Source: an uncultured Gammaproteobacteria bacterium (GTDB taxonomy: Bacteria > Patescibacteriota > Microgenomatia > JAMCZE01). Taken from it: DNA of 31,666 nt. The position numbers and the translations under genes were made by a program. The stretch's first letter is position 1, and each line of letters begins with the position of its first letter. Below, piece by piece: positions 24,785 to 31,666 of the stretch. Under the pieces are notes generated by a model. That model was given only the letters and a program-made list of their open reading frames with translations, was not told the DNA's origin and did not search any database. Location: the NCBI GenBank assembly GCA_964554695.1, contig CAZKPQ010000001.1, positions 1 through 31,666 of the forward strand, read 5' to 3'.

Positions 24785-24881
24785 ATCGGGTAGCTTAACA
24801 CGAGTAGCCCAAACCTACCAATTGGACTCTCCCGAGTGATTGACAACTACCTTCGCGTTAATCATACTGGGTATAATAATC

Positions 24882-26783
24882 ATGGCCCGAGTAATCGGCA
24901 CTCTCCTCATAATCGGGATTCTCATTGGCGGCCTCATCGCTGGCTTTTTCCTTCTCCGAGATCGGGTTTCATTCTTTCAACAAGCCGGAAACGCCACTCG
25001 ACTTGCCTTTCAACCAGCCACTGCCAACAAGCCTGTAGGTAAAAATATCCCCATGGTTCTCACCCTTAACAATGCCAAAAAAATTAAACAAGCAAAAATT
25101 GTCATCGAATTTGACAAGACCAAGCTCAAACTCGTTGGTACTCCTAAGATTAACCCCGATCTTGGCAAAGCTAAGGTTACTAAAGTAAAAAAGGCTAATC
25201 AAACCGGTCGAATTGAGCTTACTGCTAAGGTCGGCAAAAAAAAGGGTGGCTTCAAAGACGCCTACCTTCTTAAATTTACTTTCCGTGGTAAGAACGAAAC
25301 TAACGGCCAAAGTACTGACGTCAAAATAAACGTCAGCGAGTCGTATCTTAAAACCGAAAAGAACGAGAATCTCCTCGACGCTTCTGTCGCCAAAACCGCT
25401 AGCCTCGTTATCCGAAAAAAGGGACAGGAGCCCGAACCAATATGTGATGAGCTGGAAATCGACCCCGAGGAAGGTCTAGCTCCCTTGACCGTGACTGCAA
25501 ACGTCACCGCCATCCCAATTAACAAAAACACTCCGATCAAACAGTATATCTTTGACTTTGCTGGCACTGAGAAAAAGACCAATAAGCGAACCGAGTCCTT
25601 TACCTTCTCCACCCCCGGAAGTTACGAGATTAAAGCTTCAGTCAAGGATTCTAAAAACAACGTCTCTGAAGAATGCGTCTCCGCGATCTACATCTTTGAC
25701 CCAAGCGACGAAAGTCACAACGTCTGTGCTAACAATGCCTGTGTTGAGGTCGAAGGACCTGGCAATGACGAGTGCGACAGCCTTGGGGATTCCTGTGGAA
25801 ATCCCAATAAGCACAAAGCCTGCGCAAATAATGCCTGCGTCGAGGTAGCTGGCGACGGAAACGATGAATGTTTAGAACTTGGCCAAGCCTGTGGGACCAA
25901 TACCCACCTTACCTGCGTCAATGACGCCTGTGTTGAAGTAACTGGCGCTGGGACTAGTAACTGCACTACCATTGGTGAAACTTGTGGGGAACCAAATAAA
26001 CACCTTGCTTGTGTTAGTAATAGTTGTACCCTGATCGATGGTGCTGGTAATGACCAGTGTGCTACCCAAGGAGCAACCTGCGGTACTGGTAACTCCCATT
26101 TCGAATGTATTAACAGCTCCTGCGTCTCGGTCTCGGGATCTGGAACTAATCAATGCCAAACCGCTGGTGCTAACTGTGGGTCCGACCAAACTCATAAATC
26201 CTGTATCAATAATAGTTGCACCGTGGTTCAAGGTAGTGGTAACGATGAGTGTAGCCTAGCCGGCTCTTCCTGTTCTGGAGAACCCACTCATCTGTCATGC
26301 GTCAATAATTCTTGTGTCATCGTTACTGGATCAGGCACTAATGAATGTACCACTGCCGGAAGTTCTTGCGGAGCCACCAAACACAAGGCTTGCGTAAATA
26401 ATGCCTGTACCGAGGTGGACGGCGAAGCGGTTGACGAGTGCACCACCCTCGGAGCGGCTTGTGGAGAATCCACCAGCCATAAGGCCTGCGTTAATAATAC
26501 TTGTACTGTCGTTCAGGGTAGTGGTACCGACGAATGCCAAACAGCGGGGGCAAGTTGTGGGTCCACCCAGACTCACAAGGCCTGTGTCAGCAACAGCTGT
26601 ACTGTTGTTCAAGGCAGTGGTACTGACGAATGTCAGACTGCCGGCGCCAGTTGTCAAACTAACTCCTCCAGTGTCTGCCAAACCCCCGGCGACCCCACTT
26701 GTTATGACTGCAACCAAGACGGATCGATCACGATTCTTGATTATTCTTGTTTCCGAAGCAATTACGGGTGGAGAGAAGACTAA
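24882..26783 (+). CDS. Exported protein: cohesin-like, PKD-like, 10 cysteine-rich repeats, C-terminal dockerin-like EF-hand
   Basis: N-terminal TM; Lys-rich beta domain (VGKNIPMVLTL...IVIEFDKTKLKLV...LLKFTFRGK); PKD-like PICDELEIDPEEGLAPLTVTA...YIFDF...FSTPGSYEIKASVKD; repeats H-x2-C-x4-C-x10-C-x6-C; DCNQDGSITILDYSCFRSNYG. ATG 24882 preferred (TATAAT at 24872-24877); the ORF track starts at TTG 24840. Confidence 0.82.
   Translation: MARVIGTLLIIGILIGGLIAGFFLLRDRVSFFQQAGNATRLAFQPATANKPVGKNIPMVLTLNNAKKIKQAKIVIEFDKTKLKLVGTPKINPDLGKAKVTKVKKANQTGRIELTAKVGKKKGGFKDAYLLKFTFRGKNETNGQSTDVKINVSESYLKTEKNENLLDASVAKTASLVIRKKGQEPEPICDELEIDPEEGLAPLTVTANVTAIPINKNTPIKQYIFDFAGTEKKTNKRTESFTFSTPGSYEIKASVKDSKNNVSEECVSAIYIFDPSDESHNVCANNACVEVEGPGNDECDSLGDSCGNPNKHKACANNACVEVAGDGNDECLELGQACGTNTHLTCVNDACVEVTGAGTSNCTTIGETCGEPNKHLACVSNSCTLIDGAGNDQCATQGATCGTGNSHFECINSSCVSVSGSGTNQCQTAGANCGSDQTHKSCINNSCTVVQGSGNDECSLAGSSCSGEPTHLSCVNNSCVIVTGSGTNECTTAGSSCGATKHKACVNNACTEVDGEAVDECTTLGAACGESTSHKACVNNTCTVVQGSGTDECQTAGASCGSTQTHKACVSNSCTVVQGSGTDECQTAGASCQTNSSSVCQTPGDPTCYDCNQDGSITILDYSCFRSNYGWRED
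25716..26654 (+). repeat. 10 coding tandem repeats of 93-96 bp (31-32 aa)
   Basis: Consensus HxxCVNNxCxxVxGxGxDECxxxGxxCG; first His at 25716, last Cys at 26652-26654. Confidence 0.93.
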
Positions 26784-26798
26784 CTCAGGACTCCAGAC

Positions 26799-27848
26799 TT
26801 ACTTATAACCAATCGGCTTATAAGTGACCACCGGCACTAAGGAAATCCGGTGGCCCGGGACATCAATCGATTCAATTGTACAACTAACCTCTTCCCCTGG
26901 CTTAAACTCAGCATCTGGTGGCACTTTACTGATGTGAATTAGGCCTTCGATCCCTTCATCTAAGCGTACAAACACTCCATAGGGACTAACCCGAGTGACC
27001 TCCCCCTTAATCTGTTGGTCAGTTGAGTACTTTTGTGATAACTTAACCCATGGGTCTGGTAGAAGCTGTTTAATCGACAAATTCAACTTTCCATCTGCCT
27101 CGTTGATCCCAAGTACCATTACTTCCACTTCTTCACCCACCTTGAAAAGTTCTCCTAGGTTCTCAACTTTCTGCCAGGAAATCTCACTTATATGAACTAG
27201 GCCGTCCGGTCCAGCTTCCAAATTTACAAATATGCCATAAGGCATAATTGCCGACACCTTCCCTTTATATTTCTCCCCAATCGCGACCCTTGCCTTTACT
27301 TCTTCAATCTTCTTCTGTGTCTCCGCTGCCCCTGAAACCGCCTTCTCACTAAAGATTAGCCTGTTCGAAGCCTGATCAACCTCAATAACTTTTACCTCTA
27401 ATACTTTGTTCACCAGCTTATTCAAATCGGCTTGATGTTCTGAGGAAAGCTGAGACCCAGGAATAAAGCCCTTCAGGCCTTCAAAATCCACTACCAAACC
27501 TCCTTTATTAAGCTCTGTTCCCCGAACCCGAATACTTTCTCCGTTTTTTAGTAGCTCATCCGCCCGATGCCACCTAAACTTTGATCCCGCCGAGCGTATC
27601 GAGACTACCATTTGTCCTCGATCATTTTCCGGAGAAATTACCACAGCATCAATCGTGTCCCCGATCGACAATTTGGCCACGAAATCCTTAACTTGTTCCC
27701 ACTCCTTTTCACCCACGATTCCTTCCGTTTTCCCCCCAAAGTCAATCAACACCTCTTTACCAGCAATTGATGAAACACTACCGCTTACCACATCCCCCCT
27801 TTTAAATCCCTTAAATCCATAGCCTACCCGAGCCAATAACTCCTCCAT
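26799..27848 (-). CDS. rpsA: 30S ribosomal protein S1 (four S1 domains)
   Basis: Four S1 repeats (GDVVSGSV, GESIRVRG..KGFIPGSQL, GEKYKGKV..DGLVHISEISW, IKGEV..EGLIHISKV). ATG 27848 has SD TAAGGAG 9 nt upstream; the ORF track extends to TTG 27929. Confidence 0.9.
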   Translation of the reverse strand: MEELLARVGYGFKGFKRGDVVSGSVSSIAGKEVLIDFGGKTEGIVGEKEWEQVKDFVAKLSIGDTIDAVVISPENDRGQMVVSIRSAGSKFRWHRADELLKNGESIRVRGTELNKGGLVVDFEGLKGFIPGSQLSSEHQADLNKLVNKVLEVKVIEVDQASNRLIFSEKAVSGAAETQKKIEEVKARVAIGEKYKGKVSAIMPYGIFVNLEAGPDGLVHISEISWQKVENLGELFKVGEEVEVMVLGINEADGKLNLSIKQLLPDPWVKLSQKYSTDQQIKGEVTRVSPYGVFVRLDEGIEGLIHISKVPPDAEFKPGEEVSCTIESIDVPGHRISLVPVVTYKPIGYK

Positions 27849-27882
27849 CGTCTGGGGCTCCTTAGTGGATTTCGTTTCTAAT

Positions 27883-27933
27883 TTAGGCTTTACCGAAGAG
27901 CTTTTTAATGAATTCGATGATCTTGGCAATCAT
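27883..27933 (-). CDS. 16-aa amphipathic upstream ORF / leader peptide before rpsA
   Basis: ATG 27933 to TAA 27883 encodes MIAKIIEFIKKLFGKA; SD-like AAAGGAAGT immediately upstream. Confidence 0.45.
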   Translation of the reverse strand: MIAKIIEFIKKLFGKA

Positions 27934-28032
27934 GCCCACTTCCTTTCTTTTAGTCCTCTAACCTTGTTAGTAGAACCCGGTAACACGAAGCTCAGATTTT
28001 TAAGCTCAAATGTATCCGAATATATCAGGGCT

Positions 28033-28038
28033 ATTATA
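28033..28038 (-). promoter_or_regulatory. -10 box TATAAT of the rpsA transcript, flanked by a CAGGG/CCCTG inverted repeat
   Basis: Plus strand cagggctattataccctg; predicted TSS about 28026. Confidence 0.55.
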
Positions 28039-28092
28039 CCCTGCCTTCCACACTCCCACAAGTGCTAAATTCTGGTAGTGTATACTTTTCCC

Positions 28093-29007
28093 ATGGTTCG
28101 AATTGCCATCGGAACAGTTAACTATAACCGGAAAGACGATACCTTAGAATTTCTCAAAAGCCTCAAGCGGTTAAATACCAAGGGAATAGCAATTAAGGTC
28201 TTCGTTGTCGACGGCGGCTCAACTGACGGGTCCGCCGACGCCATTTCCGCTTCTTTCCCAAAAGTTATGGTTCTAAAAAAACTCGAAAACCGTGGTTCCG
28301 CTGGCGGCTACAACGATGCAGCTCATGCCGCTATCGCCGAAAAATTTGACTATATCCTCCTTATTAATAACGATGTTTTAATAAACGACTCTCTCCTTCT
28401 TAAAAACCTTCTTCAAACCGCCTCTTCGCACCCTGATATTGGAGTTGTCTCCCCTAAAATGTATTTCGCCCCCGGCTTCGAATTCTATAAAGAGAAGTAT
28501 TCCCCAAAAGACCTAGGCAAAGTTATCTGGTATGCCGGTGGTAACTTTGACTGGAACAACGTCCTTTCTTCCCATCGTGGCATCGACACCGTAGACACTG
28601 GCGAGTTCGATGTAGTTGAAGAGACTGGCTTTACCAACACTGCCTGCATCCTCGTTAAACGAGCCGTCTTCGATAAAGGCACCTTCTTCGACGAGAGCCT
28701 CTTCGCCTATTTCGACGACAATGACTTCCTAGAAAAAGTTCGCCGTGCCGGTTTTAGGCTCTATTACGACGGCCGAAGTAGCATCTTCCACAAGGTTTCC
28801 CGCACTGCTGGAATTGGCTCTCCCTACGCCGACTATATGATTACCCGGAACCGGCTTATCTTTGGGATGCGTTATGCCCCATTTAAAACCAAACTCTCCC
28901 TTATCAAAGAGGCCCTCCGGCTCCTGGTCACTGGTCGCCAGACTCAAAAGAAAGCCATCCTGGCCTTTTTCCAGGGTAGGCGTGGTCCCGCCCCTAAATT
29001 GCCTTAA
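28093..29007 (+). CDS. Glycosyltransferase family 2 (GT-A, rhamnosyltransferase-like)
   Basis: IGTVNYN, VVDGGSTDGS, NRGSAGGYN, LLINND, GVVSPK, YFDDNDF. TATACT lies 6 nt before ATG 28093; the ORF track starts at GTG 28078. Confidence 0.92.
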   Translation: MVRIAIGTVNYNRKDDTLEFLKSLKRLNTKGIAIKVFVVDGGSTDGSADAISASFPKVMVLKKLENRGSAGGYNDAAHAAIAEKFDYILLINNDVLINDSLLLKNLLQTASSHPDIGVVSPKMYFAPGFEFYKEKYSPKDLGKVIWYAGGNFDWNNVLSSHRGIDTVDTGEFDVVEETGFTNTACILVKRAVFDKGTFFDESLFAYFDDNDFLEKVRRAGFRLYYDGRSSIFHKVSRTAGIGSPYADYMITRNRLIFGMRYAPFKTKLSLIKEALRLLVTGRQTQKKAILAFFQGRRGPAPKLP

Positions 29008-30001
29008 ATATCTCCAAAACCTCGTCGTCCGATCGTACCCGAATTTTCTTTCTTTCCCACCTCGCCTTAAATATCTGCATAAATTGGGTCTCTGACCACA
29101 TATGTGCTTTAACTCTCCCTAAATCTCCATTCTTAAGTGCTACCAGATAATGGTATGGTAGCCAGAAAAAGTACAAAAGAAGGTATTTCCAATCAGCATT
29201 GGCCCATAAAAAATTCCGCTGGTTTCTCATGTTAAGAACTCTCAGGTATTCTCTATTCCTCGTTCTTGCAATACTTCCCTTGCTATACTCATGTCGCAAA
29301 ACCGCCTTGGGTTCAAATATCACTTTATATCCCGCCTTCCAAGCCCGGTATCCTAAATCTGTATCTTCCCAGTAGAAGGGAGCAAAGAGTCCGTCAAAGC
29401 CACCCAATTTCAAGAAAAACTCTCGTCGAAATGCGCTTGACCCGCCATCAGCCCATGCCGATAACATTTCTTTCCCTTCTCTTCGCATTTGACTTTCATC
29501 CGTTATCATTTTTCTGGTCGTTCTCATAGTCCCTAGCCATTCTCCATACTCCCTATGGGTTCGGAAATGAAGGAAAAAGCCTCGAAAGTAGCGAACTATC
29601 CCCTGACCCCTAATCTCCTTTTTGCTATGTTCAATGGTTTCCAGTGCCGAGGACACCGCAAATACTTCCTCATCTTTAAAATGCTTTAAACATTCCCCAA
29701 AATAATCTGCTGCTTTGGGAAGAACGTCCGCTTTAAGAACAAAGACAATTTCTCCCCGGGCCTCCCGAACGGCTCTGTTCACAGTTGGTCCGAAGCCTCT
29801 ATTTCGGTCGCTCGTCAACAATTTGACCTTATGCTCGTTGGCCAGCTTTCGTAGCTCACTAACGGCTCCTTCTGGACTTGCATCGTCAGAAATCATAATC
29901 TCCGACGCCAACCCAGCCTGCCGCAAAAGCTTCTCTAGTCGAGGTAAGCTCGTCCGTAAGAGCTCTACATCATCAAAATGTGGAACAATAATCGAAATCA
30001 T
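28994..30001 (-). CDS. Glycosyltransferase family 2
   Basis: ISIIVP, ISDDAS, NRGFGPTVN, GGFDGLFAPFYWEDTDLGYRAWKAG. Confidence 0.92.
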   Translation of the reverse strand: MISIIVPHFDDVELLRTSLPRLEKLLRQAGLASEIMISDDASPEGAVSELRKLANEHKVKLLTSDRNRGFGPTVNRAVREARGEIVFVLKADVLPKAADYFGECLKHFKDEEVFAVSSALETIEHSKKEIRGQGIVRYFRGFFLHFRTHREYGEWLGTMRTTRKMITDESQMRREGKEMLSAWADGGSSAFRREFFLKLGGFDGLFAPFYWEDTDLGYRAWKAGYKVIFEPKAVLRHEYSKGSIARTRNREYLRVLNMRNQRNFLWANADWKYLLLYFFWLPYHYLVALKNGDLGRVKAHMWSETQFMQIFKARWERKKIRVRSDDEVLEIFKAI

Positions 30002-30019
30002 CGAACTTGACTTATTATA

Positions 30020-30056
30020 TCTAACCTCTTAGAATTTCTAACAACTCGTTAGAAAT
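30020..30056. promoter_or_regulatory. Two tandem related inverted repeats in a divergent intergenic region
   Basis: TCTAA-N4-TTAGA (30020-30033) and ATTTCTAAC-N5-GTTAGAAAT (30034-30056). Confidence 0.4.
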
Positions 30057-30069
30057 AACGGGGATTTTT

Positions 30070-30300
30070 ATGGCCGAAATGGGCGATGCTAGTCACGATA
30101 GCTTAACTCCTTCCCAATGGCGAGAGGCCCTTTTCATGAACCCTCAATTCGGCCGAGACTTCCAACGCGAGCAAGTGATTATCGCTCAATACCAGGCCGA
30201 AAATCGCACCAATCGAGTTCGCTTAATTATCCGTACAGCCTTAACAATCGGGACACTCGGGGGGTATGAAATAGTCAGACGCCTTGCTAACCGCCACTAA
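30070..30300 (+). CDS. Small hypothetical protein (76 aa), possible C-terminal membrane segment
   Basis: ATG-started ORF filling the gap between two GT2 genes; VRLIIRTALTIGTLGGYEIV. Confidence 0.55.
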   Translation: MAEMGDASHDSLTPSQWREALFMNPQFGRDFQREQVIIAQYQAENRTNRVRLIIRTALTIGTLGGYEIVRRLANRH

Positions 30301-31280
30301 AGAAGTAAGGCCTCTAGATAAATCTTAGCCATTTGGGGCTTTAGTCGGGCCAGCCAAAAAATCACCCTCAGGAAAGCCGCTATGTCCAGTAATGTTCCCA
30401 AAAGAAGCTGCTTCCAAACCGGAAAGTACTTACCGTAGATATACTTCAAACCACGAAACTCCCCCAGAAGTGCCCCCCGCGGTAAACCACCCTGACTACC
30501 CCTCTCTAAGTGAATTATCTTCGTTATTGGCGTATACCCAACTTTCCACCCCGCCATTCTCGCTCTCATACACCACTCCAGTTCTTCCCCGTACATAAAT
30601 ATCCCTTCATCTAGGCCACCTAACTGATCAAGAGCCGTTCTTCTTATAAAGAAAAATGCCCCCGTCACCCAATCAGGATAAAATTCCTTGTCATATTTAT
30701 AAGTCTCAGTTGCAGTCTTCGACCCACCAACTAACTTCTTTATCCATGGCAAGTCCAAAAAGAATCCTTGCCAGTGCGAATCAGAAACATGCGGATGATA
30801 CGAAGGAAAGAACCGGCTTATAAGTGGTAAATCATCCAAAAAAAGAGCCCAGGAGGCCACCCGGGCTAGAGTGGGAGCATATCCTCCCGTCGGAGACAAT
30901 CTGTTTTCAGAGTCGACTAGTTGGCAAGAGGCAACAGCGAAATCCGGCTTGCCCTCCATGCAAACAAACATACTTTTAACGGCATTCTCTACTAGCTTAG
31001 TATCATTATTTAGAAGTAGGATGTATTTACCGCTTGCCTGTCTAATCCCAAGATTATTTCCTTTAGAAAACCCTGTGTTCTCCTGAGAATAAATCACTTT
31101 CAACCTCTTCCCGTAGTTTTTTTCCGCTTCCCGAAGATATTCCACCACTCCATCAGTCGAAGCATTATCGACAACAATTACCTCAAAACTAACCCCCTCA
31201 GTATATTTGAAGATTGACTCTAAACAGTCCCGGAAGATGTCTTTGGAATTATAGGAGACAATTACTATAGAAACATCCAT
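30297..31280 (-). CDS. Glycosyltransferase family 2 (GT-A, rhamnosyltransferase-like)
   Basis: VSIVIVSYN, VVDNASTDG, NTGFSKGNN, LLLNND, DWVTGA, FMYGEELEWC. Confidence 0.93.
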   Translation of the reverse strand: MDVSIVIVSYNSKDIFRDCLESIFKYTEGVSFEVIVVDNASTDGVVEYLREAEKNYGKRLKVIYSQENTGFSKGNNLGIRQASGKYILLLNNDTKLVENAVKSMFVCMEGKPDFAVASCQLVDSENRLSPTGGYAPTLARVASWALFLDDLPLISRFFPSYHPHVSDSHWQGFFLDLPWIKKLVGGSKTATETYKYDKEFYPDWVTGAFFFIRRTALDQLGGLDEGIFMYGEELEWCMRARMAGWKVGYTPITKIIHLERGSQGGLPRGALLGEFRGLKYIYGKYFPVWKQLLLGTLLDIAAFLRVIFWLARLKPQMAKIYLEALLL

Positions 31281-31286
31281 GAGAAA

Positions 31287-31295
31287 AGTATATCA
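31287..31295 (-). promoter_or_regulatory. Extended -10 (TGA-TATACT) 6 nt before ATG; probable leaderless transcript
   Basis: Plus strand agtatatca at 31287-31295; ATG at 31280. Confidence 0.6.
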
Positions 31296-31323
31296 ACTCC
31301 AAAAACAAAAAGGCCCTAAAATA

Positions 31324-31439
31324 TCTGGCCTTGACTTATCTTCCCAGGGAGTTGCCCCCCAAGTATTGTCAGCGCTGCGGCGTTTTACTTTCCTGTTCGG
31401 GAAGGGAAGGTGTAGTTCCACCGCGCTCCAAAGACCAGA
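31324..31439 (-). rRNA. rrf: 5S rRNA
   Basis: TCTGGTCTTTG...CAAGGCCAGA helix I; conserved CACC...CCCGAAC..GAAAGTAAA and GGGAAGATAAG segments; 116 nt; downstream of 23S. Confidence 0.95.
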
Positions 31440-31499
31440 AATTTTAGGACCCTTAGTCCTTACTCTCTAAAAAGCAAATAGAAGGCCAATCTTTACAAA

Positions 31500-31666
31500 A
31501 AATCTACTACTCGACCAATTAGTACTACTAAGCTGAAAGCCTTGCGACTCTTACACCTGTAGCCTATTAACGTGGTAGTCTTCCACGGGTCTTTCTCTGT
31601 CTTGCGACAAAGTGGAGTTCTCATCTTGGGGTCGGCTTGGCACTTAGATGCATTCAGCGCTTATCC
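31500..31666 (-). rRNA. rrl: 23S rRNA, 3' end (truncated by window edge)
   Basis: GGATAAGCGCTGAATGCATCTAAG...CCCCAAGATGAG...GAAGACTACCACGTTAATAGG...GGTGTAAG...GTACTAAT matches the conserved bacterial 23S 3' terminus; 3' end approximate. Confidence 0.96.

Noticed and set aside
24840-24881. TTG start and 14-aa N-terminal extension of Cys-repeat protein B
   Set aside because: The TTG is part of a TTGACA hexamer and the extension contains TATAAT just before ATG 24882, so this stretch is better read as promoter.
543-30598. Many 60-135-aa ORFs nested in or antisense to assigned genes
   Set aside because: They overlap confidently assigned CDSs and show no family motifs; this is expected by chance, especially within repeat regions.
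31296-31332. AAGGCC/GGCCTT hairpin plus U-tract after the 5S gene as an rRNA operon terminator
   Set aside because: Only 6 bp with a 12-nt loop, and it would compete with 5S helix I; too weak to call.
31279-31470. 63-aa plus-strand ORF
   Set aside because: Antisense to the 5S rRNA.
31500-31666. Intron or insertion in 23S rRNA (frequent in CPR)
   Set aside because: The visible 167 nt align colinearly with the conserved 23S 3' end, with no insertion.

Overview
Gene-dense bacterial chromosome segment, most likely Patescibacteria/CPR (Microgenomates-like). That placement is inferred from gene content, the 4-domain S1, a visibly C-rich + strand and many apparently leaderless genes. Left to right: 3' end of a TPR gene; a zinc-ribbon gene with a structured leader; two lipoprotein-like hypotheticals; an operon of hypothetical-glgA-nfeD-SPFH; a divergent GH57-GT4-GT4 operon; a methyltransferase with a second, atypical glgA; two tRNA-Ala genes around a CHRD-like gene; LysM-M23; rho; a 15-repeat cysteine-rich surface protein; a ~680-bp intergenic region; radA; an HD protein; a GT39-like transferase; a CAP protein; a second cysteine-repeat protein with cohesin-like and dockerin-like ends; rpsA; three GT2 genes; 5S rRNA; and the 3' end of 23S rRNA. 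No CRISPR array, transposase or integrase was seen. Three things stand out. (1) An unannotated convergent module at 19133-19505: a candidate ~95-nt sRNA whose terminator loop is complementary over 12 nt to the 5' end of a transcript encoding a 57-aa cationic peptide, resembling a type I toxin-antitoxin layout. (2) Two exported proteins built from the same H-x2-C-x4-C-x10-C-x5/6-C repeat plus a homologous PKD-like domain, one ending in a sortase-like anchor and one bracketed by cohesin- and dockerin-like modules. (3) An SD-led 16-aa amphipathic uORF in front of rpsA. All calls are from reading motifs by eye; no database searches or folding programs were run.
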